Positions 35,896 through 48,188 of a stretch of DNA of 64,000 nt are shown here, piece after piece. The DNA is taken from positions 744,001 through 808,000 of the forward strand of contig CP145417.1 of assembly GCA_036867785.1 (NCBI GenBank), read 5' to 3'. Source of the DNA: Plasmodiophora brassicae. Taxonomy: Eukaryota. Under the pieces are notes generated by a model. The model saw only the letters and a list, made by a program, of their open reading frames with translations, was not told the DNA's origin and did not search any database. A program made the translations under genes and the position numbers. The first letter of the stretch is position 1, and each line of letters starts with the position of its first letter.

Positions 35896-37479
35896 TCACA
35901 GGGCAAGATGTTGAAGTTGCGGCCGCCCTGAACGGCGTGGAAGATCGAGAACAGGTCGTCGGCGTCGATGTCTGATACGTGAATGGCCTTGATGATCTCT
36001 TGTCGCGGTTGGCCTTCTGCGTTGTTGTGCTGTACGATTACAAGCTCCGTTCCTGCGCAGATGCTCGCGACGGTCTGCCAGGGACACCACCACCGTCGTG
36101 CCGTCCAGTTTCGTGGCCTTCAACGCCTGACGGCAGGTGCCCGCGCGGATGGCGTTGCGATCGCCCTCGAATGCCTTCACCTGGCCGTTTAGTCGCGTCA
36201 TGTTGGCGCGAAGTTGTTCACGTTGGCCTTCGATTCTGATGATGTGCTGGCGCAACATCTTGATCCTTCGTGCCTGCTCTGTTCTGTCCTGTCGCAAACG
36301 GGCGCACCCGCCCTTCGCTTTCGGGAGCTCGAGATTCAGCAACACGAGATCCGCAAACTGGCGCTCTCGTTCCGTTTGAAGTCCGGCTACATCAGAGTTC
36401 AGATCGGCGATCTTTGATTGCTGACGCATCACGTCCCGGCGTAGTCTGTTGCATTCGTCTTTCGAGGCCTCGACATTGCCCCTGCGATTGCGGAGGTGAT
36501 CGCGATCGTCCCTGGGAGCGGCTACCTCGTTGGTCAACTGGGCGATTGCCTGCGCATGACGATGAATCCGATCGATGAGCGCGTCACGTAGCTGCGTCGG
36601 TTCTACGATCGGGAAGTCTGGGAAGGAGGCGTCCGCATGCCGGCGAACCAGATGGTGCATCTGAGTGTCCCACTGCTGGCGCAGGCGAGCGAGGCGTTGC
36701 CCGTCTGCGGAGCCGTTGTGCGGTTTGAAGGCGGCAAGCGTTCGGTGAAGCAGGATGCTGTTAAGGCTCGGGACATCGCCCGCCTGGATCGCGCTTCAGT
36801 CCCCATCTGCAACTGTACGACGAACGGCTTGTCGTGCGATACCTGGATCGGAATTTCGACCATGTGTTGCGAATCGACGGGGAATCTGTCGTTGAAACGT
36901 GCTCGTGGCCTTGATACTACGAAATCGGCGGACATAAATCGGTGGTTGGAACGTGTAAGGCACGTGCAGACCTCGAACGACACCCGGATGAGATAGGCTG
37001 CGGGACACTCGTACACAGCGCTATCGAACCGACCCGAGAATCGGATCGTGTCGAAGGGAGCGGGGCCGTCGTCCTCCGTTGATGCATCAAACTCGAACCT
37101 GTTACGGCGTGCACCGAAAGCGTTAGCGTTTGAGATAACGCAACCGAAACGGAAATGTTGTTCTTGACTTTGCCCAGTTTCGCGCGGCGCCCACCGACCA
37201 AAGCTGTAATCCAGGCAGCGCATGCACCGTTCGCCCGTTGACGTTGCGGTATGTGTTAGCGGCGTCGATCGGGTTGGGGGCCGATGTGTAGGCATACGGG
37301 CAGGGTACCGCCGTTCGCGATCCATCCGGCTGCCGTTTCGAGAAATCGATACCGCACAGTACCCATGCTGCGCGATGCATGTTGCCGGGATCCAGGAGCA
37401 GGATGCACTCCAGCGACCAGGTCACCTTCTCCGCTACGCATGGAACCATCCGACACATCATGTCGGCCGCCATCGGCAT
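35896..37479 (-). pseudogene. Paralog of the 24932-27100 secreted coiled-coil gene, probably disrupted
   Basis: KVTWSLE…WVLCGIDFSKRQPDG…YAYTS…R|FEFDASTEDDGPAPFDTIRF…AAYLIRVSFE| with the same intron positions as the paralog; apparent frameshift after YQGHEH, weak signal peptide, no TM tail before the foldback. Confidence 0.6.
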
Positions 37480-37948
37480 CGCAACGGTTGATGGCTGGCC
37501 GTATGAACCGCAGGGACACCTATACAGTCAGGTCCCCTATTTTCATCGCACCATGCGGGCCGCTCTCAAACGACAACTTGTATGTCGTATTATCGTATTA
37601 CTTCATCCTGGCGGACGCCATGGAGGTGCGTGAGCCTCGCAATTCAACGCGTGCGCCTCGCTCTGAACCAGACTCGGGTTCCCCGATTTCGACTTCGTTG
37701 CTCGTGCTGCGTTCCAGCCGCTGGGGCCTGACGTCTTCTTACGAGCCCGGCACGACGATACGATCGCGTTTTCCAATTATCGCGGGCCTGACCTGGCTGT
37801 CGTATCGTCTCCTGTGTGCAACGGGGCATGTTATCGGCAGGCTTCTTTACCTGGGCCCTGGGGGGTGCAAACTTGGCGCGGTTCGGCAACGAACGAGGGC
37901 GACTGGAGCGGTGTTCCGGACTTTGCTGTACTTGTGGGGTGCTGCATC

Positions 37949-38686
37949 ATGGGTGCTGCTGCCGGTGCGCGTGCTGCCAAGGCGCCGTCGCCGTTCGTGC
38001 GTCTGTACCTGCTGGCGTTCAATGTCGCGAGCTCCGCGCTATGGGGCGTGGTCCTGGCCCTGGCGATCCAGCATGTTTGGCTGAGCGCGACGGCCACGGG
38101 GCTGTACGCCGCCGTGCAACCGTGGATTCGCGTCTCGCAGGGGCTGGCGATCCTCGAGGTCGTCCATGCCTGGGTCGGACTGGTGCGCTCCCCGGTTATG
38201 ACCGTTGCATTGCAAGTCGCATCCCGTCTGTTTATCCTGTTTACGGTCGTCGAGCAAGTCCCTGCAATTCAGGACGACTGGTACGTCGCCATGCTGGTCG
38301 GCGCATGGGCGTGCGTCGAGATCCCGCGGTACGCCTATTACGCGTTGAACCTGTTCGACGCTGTCCCGTACCCGCTTCTCTGGCTGCGCTATTCCCTGTT
38401 CATCGTCCTGTACCCGATCGGGATCTCGGCGGAGCTTCTCTGCGCGTACCACGCCATTCCACACTTTGCAGCCACGAAGCAGTGGTCGGTCCTGATGCCC
38501 AACATGGTCAACTTCGAGTTGAAGTTCGACGTGCTCATCAAGATGTTGATGCTGGTGTATGTGCCGGGGTCGCCGTTCCTCTACCTGCACATGGTCCACC
38601 AGCGTAAGAAGTACTTGGGTGCCGCGCCGACGCCAGCGCCACTCGTCGCTCAGCGGTCCTCCGCCCGCCTCAAAAAGGTTGACTGA
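37949..38686 (+). CDS. Very-long-chain 3-hydroxyacyl-CoA dehydratase (HACD/PHS1/PTPLA)
   Basis: YLLAFN, QGLAILEVVH…GLVRSP…QVASR, EIPRYAYY, WLRYSLFIVLYPIGISAE, LYLHMVHQRKKYL. Confidence 0.95.
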   Translation: MGAAAGARAAKAPSPFVRLYLLAFNVASSALWGVVLALAIQHVWLSATATGLYAAVQPWIRVSQGLAILEVVHAWVGLVRSPVMTVALQVASRLFILFTVVEQVPAIQDDWYVAMLVGAWACVEIPRYAYYALNLFDAVPYPLLWLRYSLFIVLYPIGISAELLCAYHAIPHFAATKQWSVLMPNMVNFELKFDVLIKMLMLVYVPGSPFLYLHMVHQRKKYLGAAPTPAPLVAQRSSARLKKVD

Positions 38687-38725
38687 CAACGACAATGGAG
38701 TTTATACAACACCAGCGGCGACTCG

Positions 38726-40389
38726 TTAGCGAGCAAGCTTAGCTCTGCCTGACCGGCTAGCTAGCGACGGTTCGCCGGCAGACTTATCTACCGCGGGCGA
38801 CCCACGGAACATGGTGGCCCGCGACTGTGTCGGCATGAGTTTCCTTCGTGACTGCGATTGCGGCGCCACAGGAGTTGAGTTCTTGTTCAGCTGGTCTTCG
38901 GAGAGGATTTCCAATGCGTACTCGCTGGAAATCGACGAGCGACCGCGCCTCCGTTCGGTCGGTTCTGACGCAGCAGCGACCTAGAGCGGCACGGTTACAG
39001 GTAGATCGCATTGAAAGCGCCAACGACACTGACAGACTGGCGCCTTCGTTTTCGTCCGGAAGGTTTGTTGTCGTCGTAGTCGTCGTCGTTCTCAGCATCG
39101 TCAGCATCATCGCTGTCAACGGTAACGACTTGCGATTTTCGGCGACCTCGTCGTGATGTCAACGTGCCCGTAACCTGATCACACATCTCGATGGCCTTCT
39201 CGACATGCTTGGTCGATGTATCCAGTTTCGCCTGCTGAGCAGTCTTCTGTTTCCTCAGCTTCTCCTATCGTCAAATGTTATTCTGGGACGGTAGCCGCCG
39301 CTGTCGGCGATTGCCCCACCTTCAGTTTCTCGTTCTCTGCAATAATGCCAGAGGCTGCTGCAATTTCGAGACGCATATCGTTGTTCTCCTGGCGCACGTC
39401 GTCGAGGAGCTTCTGAAGTTCGTCCAGCTCTTCAGAATCCTGTACCCAGGTCAGCGTATCGCATTCGAACATTCTTGACGCCGGGTTACAGGAACGCGCC
39501 TTTCGGCGTTCTCGAGGTTCGCAAGCAGCGACTGGACCTCTTGCTCCAGTTCAGCTACCTACATAGGAAACGTATGGGCCGAGGGGAACCTCCAAACGCG
39601 AATCGCGGCGTACCCGAGCCTTCAGTCTACCTTCTTCTGACTGCCCTTGGACCAGGGTTGCCCGAGCCAACTTCAGCATCGATTTATACTACCGGATCCA
39701 TCATCGCATGCCGTGTCAGAGTACTGATCAACACTACCTTTTCGCGGTCGGCTTCAGCTGCTTCAAGACGCTCCTTCAGCGTGTTCGATTCTCTCTCCGC
39801 CTCCTCCTGTTGTTTTTCGTGTGTTCGCCTTTCCTCATCAAGCAGCGCAAGCGCTTCTCGAAGACCGCTTGTCTGCTCAACCAGGACCCGTTCCAACTGA
39901 AGGCATTCGAATTCGGATATTGCAAGGGATTTCTGTACCACGAAGGGTAAGACGTCGTAAACTCCCAAAGCGGACACACGTATAGAGACCGATTGGTTCT
40001 TAAGAGACGTTTCCAGTATGTCAATGTCGAAGCTGGAGATGTCGCCGACCATTGACAGGTAACGACGCTCTGTATCCAGGCTATGGCATTTGACAGCGCT
40101 GCGTTGGAGTTCATAACCTGCTATGGAACGACCCTTTCTCTCCAGTTTGATCCTGTTCTCCAATTCCGTTCGCTCCCTGCGCAGCGCAGCATTCTCGTCG
40201 GTAAGGCCATCGCGGGCCTGCTTCAGGTCCGCCATCTCGTCGAGCGCCAGCGCCAGACGCGCCTACCACGGTGCACACGGTTGGTCCGCACATGGACGCA
40301 AACCTCGTCGCGACACCACACACCTTAATGGAATCGGCATCGTCAGCGGGTGGCATCGCGCAGGTGGCGTCTACGGCATCGACGGCCAT
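38726..40389 (-). CDS. Hypothetical coiled-coil protein, multi-exon
   Basis: E/K/R/L-rich heptad ORFs (39684-40235, 39278-39472, 38726-38914) separated by intron-like gaps; start uncertain. Confidence 0.5.
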
Positions 40390-40731
40390 CGCGGCCCCGA
40401 TAACGTCGTCGACGGCGGCTGCAAAAAATGGCGCCAAACCTCGCCACTGCTGTGAGGTCTGAACTGCCCAAACGCAAAAACCTCATGATTCATGAATGAA
40501 GGCTTCGAAAATATTCAGGGCGCGCTTTTCAAATACCTCAGCGATGCAGCTTGGACGGACATCCGCTGTAGCTGCAGAGGGACCCCGTGACGCGCGCGGC
40601 TGTAGAGCTGCACGAGGCTGCATGTGCCGAGTGGGGGAATCGCCAAAACGGGAGGGGGTGAGTGAGGGGCCCGGCGCCCGAGTCTCGCGCCTCTTAAGTC
40701 CGTCGTTGCCTTCGCCTCCGGCGCGAAGAAG

Positions 40732-41908
40732 ATGGGCGGTCGACCAGCGCCGGCCCGACTACCTGGGTTCGTTGTCATCGCGTCCTTCTACACGGTATGG
40801 CTGTTCTCCATTATGTTCACGTTCCTGGCGATTCCCGCCTGGCTTCTCTTCGGGTACCGGCTGCCTGTCCAGTTCCTCGTAGCGTACTACTTTGGTAACG
40901 ACGACGTCCTCCCCCACGTTGTCCGCATCATTGTTGACTGCCTCGGGTGTCTATTTAGTTCGAATGTTCTGGCGTCCTGCGCACTGGCCAGCGTTCCATC
41001 AGTTCGCATCCCGCCTGATCAACAGGAGCCCGTACTTCAATTCGCAGCGCCTGATATTCCAGTCGGAGCATGCGAAACCGCCGCCGAACTCTTCCACGTT
41101 ATTTGCCGTGTTCCCACATGGAGCTCTCTGCGTCGGATGGACGGTTCGTACGAGATGATCGTTACAGGACACCTCCCAATGAATTGGTTGCATTCCTTCA
41201 GGTGAATCTGAACCTGTCGCCGATCATGCAGGCGATGCAGGTCGAGTACCTGGGCGCGTCCATGTTGTTCAGGCTGCCTCTCATCAGCGAGGTCCTGACG
41301 TGGGCAAGCTCGTCAAGCGCCTCTGCGCGGAACATGAAACGCCTGATGAAGACGGGGAAGAACCTCGCGTTGCTGCCTGGCGGCTTTGACGAGGCGGCAT
41401 TTTACAGACGCCATCGTTACGACGTCTTCGTCAGGCACCGTAAAGGATTTATCAAGTAAGGATTGCATTCAGAAGAAACTGGTCAGAGAATCACTTGGCA
41501 ACGATGCAGGTATGCCATGCAACACGGTTACAAGATCTCGCCTGTATTCACGTTCGGAGAGGAGGTATGTCAGCCGGGGACAGCGATCTGTAACGAACTT
41601 GTTCGGTGATCACGGTCGCATAGGCGACGTACTTCGCGTTGGAATCCGGTTCTGATTTTCGACGTGCGCTGGCAAAGAAGAAGATCCCTGGCATCGTGTT
41701 CTGGTCGCGGCTGCTGTGGCTGCCTGACCCGAACATTGATCTTGTCACTGTGGTTGGTGACCCGATCGAGATTCCGCATGTGGCACACCCCACTGCCGAC
41801 CAGGTTGACAAATGCCACGCGAACTTTGTCGCTGCTCTACAATCCATCTTCGATACCTACAAGGCAGATTATGCTGGTAGCCCACATGCCACAATCCACA
41901 TCCATTAG
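40732..41908 (+). CDS. Diacylglycerol/monoacylglycerol acyltransferase (DGAT2/DAGAT family), multi-exon
   Basis: FAVFPHG, LFRLPLISE, LALLPGGFDEA, RKGFIK|YAMQHG…PVFTFGE, TVVGDPI. Confidence 0.92.
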
Positions 41909-42088
41909 CATGCTGGCCGTGTGTCTGACTAAAAACTTGATACGGCGATTTAGTTGTCAGCCGTGACGTCATCGACCGTGATGTCACGATCGGAAGAGGT
42001 ACGATCCTGGTGAAGCTTCCGGCCGATTGCCACATTCACGAAACAGGGAATTGTATCGTGAAGCCAACAGCAACAGCCGCTCCTTAGA

Positions 42089-42622
42089 ATGTCGTTTGAT
42101 GATCCTGACAGCACGATGCTTCTAAGCCCCTGCCGCAGGGGAACGTCACCGCTAGCCATGGGTTTCAGTCTTGCTCACCCAGAATCCACGATGCGTCCGC
42201 TGTTCGGCCACGAGATGGACGACTTCGACCTGGCGCGTTTCCAGCAGCAGGGTGTGACGAACCTTTACGGGCCGTCTAACGTGCCGGTGGAGTTGGTCGC
42301 CGGACTGCCCATGACGAATGCCAGAAACGTTGGCGGCGGGTCGTGGCCTATGCGTCCCACATCGGCATTTGACCCCATGGAGCAGGTGTTCGATTGGAAC
42401 ACACAGGACGAGCTCCCTGTAAATATGCTCCAACAGCAGGACGCCGAGGCGGTTGACACGTTCAAAGCAGAAAGGACAGCGCTGCCGACAGCGGGTCGTC
42501 ATCCTACCCCTATACGCCTGTCGAGTGCAGCCAGCTACGGTTGTCTGGATAGCGAGCTGGACAATCTGATCGCAGCAGCAGCAGCTCGGAAGCAGCAGCA
42601 GCAGCCCAGCAACGCCCAATAA
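42089..42622 (+). CDS. Hypothetical low-complexity protein
   Basis: 177-aa ATG-initiated ORF with a Q/A-rich tail; no recognisable domain. Confidence 0.4.
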   Translation: MSFDDPDSTMLLSPCRRGTSPLAMGFSLAHPESTMRPLFGHEMDDFDLARFQQQGVTNLYGPSNVPVELVAGLPMTNARNVGGGSWPMRPTSAFDPMEQVFDWNTQDELPVNMLQQQDAEAVDTFKAERTALPTAGRHPTPIRLSSAASYGCLDSELDNLIAAAAARKQQQQPSNAQ

Positions 42623-42645
42623 CTGAATACAAGCTGGAAACCATC

Positions 42646-45577
42646 TCAAACGGGGTTACCAACAAACGGTATCACACGTACGTAACGTTTTATGGCTTGC
42701 GAATCTGGGGAGGACTTGCCAGAGGTATCGATCCTGTGCATGTCGCCCATGAGCGCATAGGCTGTCCAGTACGACGCGCTATTCTTACTGATGAAGCGGT
42801 CCACGACACCGGAATCGTTGCGGAAATGCTCAGTGAAATGAGCCAACACTGCCCAAGGTGTCAGCGTGATATGGGGCAGAAGGGGCAGGTCACCGACCAA
42901 CGCAGGCGAAGATTAGCCGGAATGGCAATAGAAGAAGCACGGCGAACAGCAAGGCATTGGCGGCCATAAACTGTCGCGACCGAAGAGGAGACAGCCAGAA
43001 GTACAACCCCTTTAGCTTAAGCAAATAGTGGTTGACAAACTGCAGGCGATTCTGGAATACTTCCAGGGCGGATTTCGCATTAAGGAACGACTGTTGATAA
43101 CCATCGACCTTGCTCTTGAACTTTCCTAGAACGCTGTTGTCCAACAGCTTGGGGAGGACACCCACAGGTTAGACAACGCTTCCGACGGCGATAAACGATT
43201 CTACTTTGCCAATACCGCCAGGCGGCTCGGTTGGCGTCTGGGACGGCGGGTCTTGGACGGCAGGGCGTTTCCCCATTTGCCTGTCGTACCAGTGCGCTAA
43301 CATTTCCGGTTGGTCGGACAGCATCCATAAAAGGACAAAATTGGCAAGAACAAGAAAGGCCTGCAGCAACGTCAGCTAACCCTTCGGCGGAACCCTGTCT
43401 GCGCTTGACACTGACCGGGACGAGTGCGAGCCAGTCCCTATACCATACGTTAGTGAAGGACACGCACAGACGTGGCCCGTAGCACAAACATATATGCCAG
43501 AAAGAGTAAGCTCAGCATGACAGTGAGGGTCGCCATAGGGTTTCGCCACTCAATTAGCTGCCTGTGCAGGTTGGCAACGACCTCGAGCGGGGCAAGTTGG
43601 ATCGATAGCAACTTCGCGTTGTCCGCCAACAATCCAAGCTACGAATTTCAACGAAAGAGTCAGCAACGGACTGTCGAACCCCATGGCCGCCAACATACGT
43701 CGAGTTTATCGGAAGGAGGGTCGTTCGGTGCTGGGTTATCAACGAGCAGCAGCATTCGTGGCTCCCAACTGCAATGGATGTCAGCATCTTATGATATAGA
43801 TGGTGCGGCGAACTGACGAAGGATCGTCCAATATTCGCGAAGGCGCTGGCCCGAACAAAGACGTGAAAAGCCCACAGGACAATGCCATGTCGTGGAATTG
43901 GGTCGCCAGGAGTGCCACATACGATGCCTGTGCTGTTGACGATGAGGTTGACAGGAACGTCATGCGCTGTAGCCGTTTTAAACAAACAGCGTGCCTGTGT
44001 TGCACATATTACGCTTACCCGAATGGGACACGGGAACCTCGTCTGCCGCAAGCTTTCAACGCGAAGAATGTCGTCGATGGCGTCGTTCAACACGCACTCA
44101 CGTATCTACACCAAGCAAGTGAAGGTGCCGCCAGCAAGCAGCAGCATCTCCACCGACTTACGATGGGCACAGACGACTGCCGTCCTAAGCTGATGGCGAG
44201 CTGCAGGTCTTCAACATAGTTTTGTACGTAATCGCGATCGGCTTCGGTCGCGAAACACACTTCCAGCGTGGACGGGTTCCCATCGCCCTGGTCCGATTCA
44301 GCATCGGCTGGCTGGGGGTCCGCTGATTTGACATCCGTGCCGCTGTCGGCACCTCCATTTCCTGTCGACGCGTCGACCTCTAACTGCATCAGCAGGCTGT
44401 GGCCCGTTTTGAACAGCCCACTCTGTTTCGTTGTGACCTTCGTCAACCGATCCAGCGGGAACCTGTGAGGCCGGTGAATTGTCGTTTGCGTGCCATATGC
44501 CAGAATGGCATAGTCGTACTGTACGGTCCGGCGAAGCAGTTGTAGGTTGATGCCAGATTGGAACGCAATCATGGTGTCGGTTACTATAGAAAAGGGGTTA
44601 GACTGACGGCCGCGGCCTATACAACTTCACACCGTCCAGACGATACTTATAAAGGTGCCTCCAGCATTGGAGATAGCAAGCTTGCGCTGCGCGGTAGTCG
44701 ACAAATACACAACTCGTTGGCGAAGAGTGGAAAATCTATGCATGCCCGTTCAGCACGCATCAGGCACGTATCCAGATGCGGGGCCTGACATTGATGCCGC
44801 CTTGTCAGATTGAGGAGACGAGAGCAGGTTCATTGACTCGAGGAACGCAACGTGCGGTTGAAGCTTAACGCCCGCGACGAATTCCGCCTTCAGGGTATTG
44901 GCGTACATTAAGAACGACGCGAACGTAATATGGCGTTCCTGGATAGTATCCGAACCGGATGGCACAGAATGCAACGCGTCGAAGATGCTACGCCAACACA
45001 AACAACGCTCAGCAACCGGGGCCATTAACGCGGGTGCGCGATTTGTGTCACATTTCAGGGCATTGCCGCGACACGAGCGGATGAATAATCGGGGCGAACC
45101 GGCAGAATCGCCCCAGCATGATCACGTTAACATCAGGCTCCCGCAGAATATGGAACGCCAGCGACGTATGTTCGAACAGGAACTGGGGATGCGATCGCGC
45201 AGCCGCCATCATGCAGAAATCCGGGAAATCAACATGCGACCTGGCCGGGTGGTCGTCAGCAACACGCCGCCCGACGACGACGACGCGGCAACGGCCCCAG
45301 ACCCGGTCCGCTGAATGAACGCCTTGTGGTATGGGCTGAGCGTCGCCAGCGGCATGCCCAGCACCTGCGAGCACTGGTCCAGCACATCCGGCTCATTCGT
45401 CAACGGGTTCATGACACGGTTGTCACAGGCGCGGCTGTAGCACAGCTCCCCTGATCGGACCCCGCGAGCGTACCGTAGGTTGCTTGTCTTGTTTTCTAAC
45501 GAAAATCGCTGTTGTTTCCCTCCGAGCTTATACAGCCCACAGGGTGTGTCATCGACAGAACGAGCAAACAACGTCAC
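42646..45577 (-). CDS. Multi-exon membrane protein with PH-like region and GRAMD4/MCTP-like C-terminal TM region
   Basis: RQLIEWRNPMATLTVMLSLLFLAY…DWL, LQFVNHYLLKLKGLYFW and LEVCFATEADRDY; boundaries approximate. Confidence 0.5.
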
Positions 45578-45884
45578 TTGTAATGAAGAAACTCGACGTC
45601 GACAATTGCCAAATTCACGTGAATCCGAGTTAGCAGCTCTTGTGATTCAGACTCTGCTTGGTCGAGCACAGTTTGACCGTGCACGATTGAATGAACGGCC
45701 CATTGCGAAAGTTGGGTACGCAGGGGGGCCTGACCGGACGTCAGTGCTGGGAGAGAGCGGGGTCGCGCATTGGTCCTGGATGATTATTCGACGACCGCAT
45801 GACGTCGGGGGCGTGACGTCATGGCCGGAATGACTAGTTCCGGACGGACAGGGGCCAGCTCCAGATTCCATAGTTCGCGACGCC

Positions 45885-47331
45885 ATGACGTCCGCTGGTC
45901 GTGACGATGATTTGCCCCCGATGCGCCCGCCGAAATCGGGCATTGTCGACTGGTGCGATAACGACGCGGCGGACGCATGCGCTCTAACGCCATCGCATTC
46001 GTTCCGGGCGTTCTACCGACGCCACCACCACTGCCGCGCTTGTGGCATGGTCGTCTGTTCCGCCTGTTCGTCTCACACGAGAGTCCTGCAGGGATTCGGT
46101 CTGGCCAGCGTCGGCGCTGTTCGCGTCTGCGACTCGTGCTTCTCGAAGACGCGAGCGGAGATGGACGCACTAAGCCAGATGTGGCAGGCGCTGCTGTCGC
46201 CGAAGGTCGACACGTTGGTGCGATCGATGGTGGCCGTGAAGGCGGCCGGGTTCCGATTCGCGACCGACAATGCTGAGAACTGGCAGCGCGCCAAGCGCGT
46301 CCTGGTGGCGACGTTCCAGAAGGAGTTGCAGATCTGCCAGACACTGCTGAAGGACACGCTGATGGTGAGCGACGACGTGGAGCTGACGTCGAAGCAGATC
46401 GAGTCGATGTCGCTAGACCGCGCGTCGCGTCTGCTGGATGCGTATGCGTCGTGCAGGACCTCGGTGCTGGGTGCCGACATCCAGGTCGTCGTCCCGGCGT
46501 CGTTCGAGGACAGACACAAGGTCGTCGTTGACCTATGCGAAGAGATTCGCATCAAGGAACAGGTGCAGTCGCATCGGCAACGAATGGCGCAGGTCATCGA
46601 ACGCGGCCTGGTCGTTGTTAACGGCATGAAAGCGATTCGCGACAGCGTCACGGCGGCCGACCTGATCGACTGCTGGGGTTCGTACCTGAAATTCGCCGAG
46701 GCAACGCGCCAGATCGTCAGCAAGGCGCTCGAGGACGAGGTCAAGCTCATGCTGAACATGGCGGTACGCCGCGACCAGATAGCGGCCAACGCGGAACTGG
46801 AAGCGGCTCTGCGCAGCAAGGACGTCAACGCGATACGACGCGCGATGGAGACCTGCGAATCGATCACTGGCCTACTGGCCAACAGCGAGTACCGAGACTA
46901 CGTCCTGCCCGACATCCAGGTCGTGGTCCCCGGGTTCGCTGCGCATCGTCGGTCGGCCCGGAAGCTGTTGATCGAACCGAAGAAACGGTACACGCACCCG
47001 CCGGCACAGGCCTAGGCTGCAGCTCCGCAGTGCAATACACTGCCCGAAGTTCGATCTGCATGCACACCGAAGGTTCGCTGGTTGTACTGAGGAGCCCGGG
47101 TGCCTGCCAGTCTGGCACCATATGACAGAGGTCGCCAAACAGAGAGACAGAGGGAGTGTCGCGCACGTCTCTTCCTGCCGGACAACGACTATAATTTCGT
47201 CGAGATGGTAAGTTAAACTGTTAGTAATAACCACACTCTTCGCTGGCCATGTACGTTGAAGATGATGCTGCGACGTCAACCTCTTGGGTGAATCGGTTGA
47301 CTGAAACGCATGCGGTTCTTTATATCCTCTA
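45885..47331 (+). CDS. FYVE-domain protein, possibly with C-terminal PH-like exons
   Basis: WCDND…RRHHHCRACGMVVCSACS…VRVCDSCF; ORF to 47015, probable spliced extension to …STSWVNRLTETHAVLYIL* at about 47331. Confidence 0.75.
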
Positions 47332-47630
47332 GTATCTGCTGGCATTGAGATTGAGGTGTGAACCGGGGCTAACAGTCGCTAGGCAGCGTCAGTGGTGCCC
47401 ATTCGTTGCATCAGGGACAATTGCTGCTAGCGGGTTTAAGGCGGTGCAGTTACGCCATATTCCGTGCTAGTGCTTCCGCCATGGTCACCACAAACATGCC
47501 GCAATGGTATCGTCGGACTGACGACTGACGAGGTTCCGACAAAACTTGTCCCGAACGACTTGCCCGGAAAGGCTGAAGTTGCCCAGGTTTGGTGTAGGCG
47601 CAAGAGGTACTTCGACGTCTTAGTCCAGGT

Positions 47631-48188
47631 TTAATCATCCACGCTCCATAGCGTTCTATCCCTCTGACCGCGCCGGCCCCTGTCCCTCCGGCCACCTTTA
47701 TTCGCTCCGCCCGCGCCTGCCCTCGCACCAGCTCTCCACTTGTCCAAATCGCGATGCGTGACGAGAACCTCTACCACGACGTCACCGTGCTCTCGCTCCA
47801 AAGCAACCAACCGTTCTTTCACAAGCCCGTTCCAGTCCTCGCCAGCAAGCCGTTCGACGATTGCAACACTCCGATGCGCACCAGCATGACACCCGCAGGC
47901 AATGCAGACCCTGACCCTCCCACCATTCCCACCAGCAACAGCCCCGACAACGCCCTCCAGCACGCGCTCCCTGGCGCTGTCGTAAAAAGGTTCGACGCCG
48001 GGCAACTGGAAGAACTCTCTGGCCAGGTCGCGATTCAGGCCCGTGCGACCGCGGATGAACGACGGCGGCGGTGTACGACGGGCATTGATGCGCACCGAAG
48101 GAGGCACGGCCTGGTCGTGGACGTCGCATACCCGCGCGGGCCCGTAGCTGTTCCCGAACGACATCAGGTGGAGCTCGACGGAAACCAT
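47631..48188 (-). CDS. RapZ C-terminal-like domain protein
   Basis: LMSFGNSYGP…INAR..PPP…RTGLNRD…IACGCHAGAHRSVAIVERL…VLVTHRDL parallels RapZ SFG…TGLD…IGCTGGxHRSV…HR. ATG at 48188; the frame continues upstream past a TGA at 48335-48333. Confidence 0.75.
   Translation of the reverse strand: MVSVELHLMSFGNSYGPARVCDVHDQAVPPSVRINARRTPPPSFIRGRTGLNRDLAREFFQLPGVEPFYDSARERVLEGVVGAVAGGNGGRVRVCIACGCHAGAHRSVAIVERLAGEDWNGLVKERLVALEREHGDVVVEVLVTHRDLDKWRAGARAGAGGANKGGRRDRGRRGQRDRTLWSVDD

Noticed and set aside
21509-41908. Lipid/oxylipin gene cluster (CYP74-like, HACD, DGAT2)
   Set aside because: Genes are spread over 20 kb among unrelated housekeeping genes; no lipoxygenase or lipase is visible.
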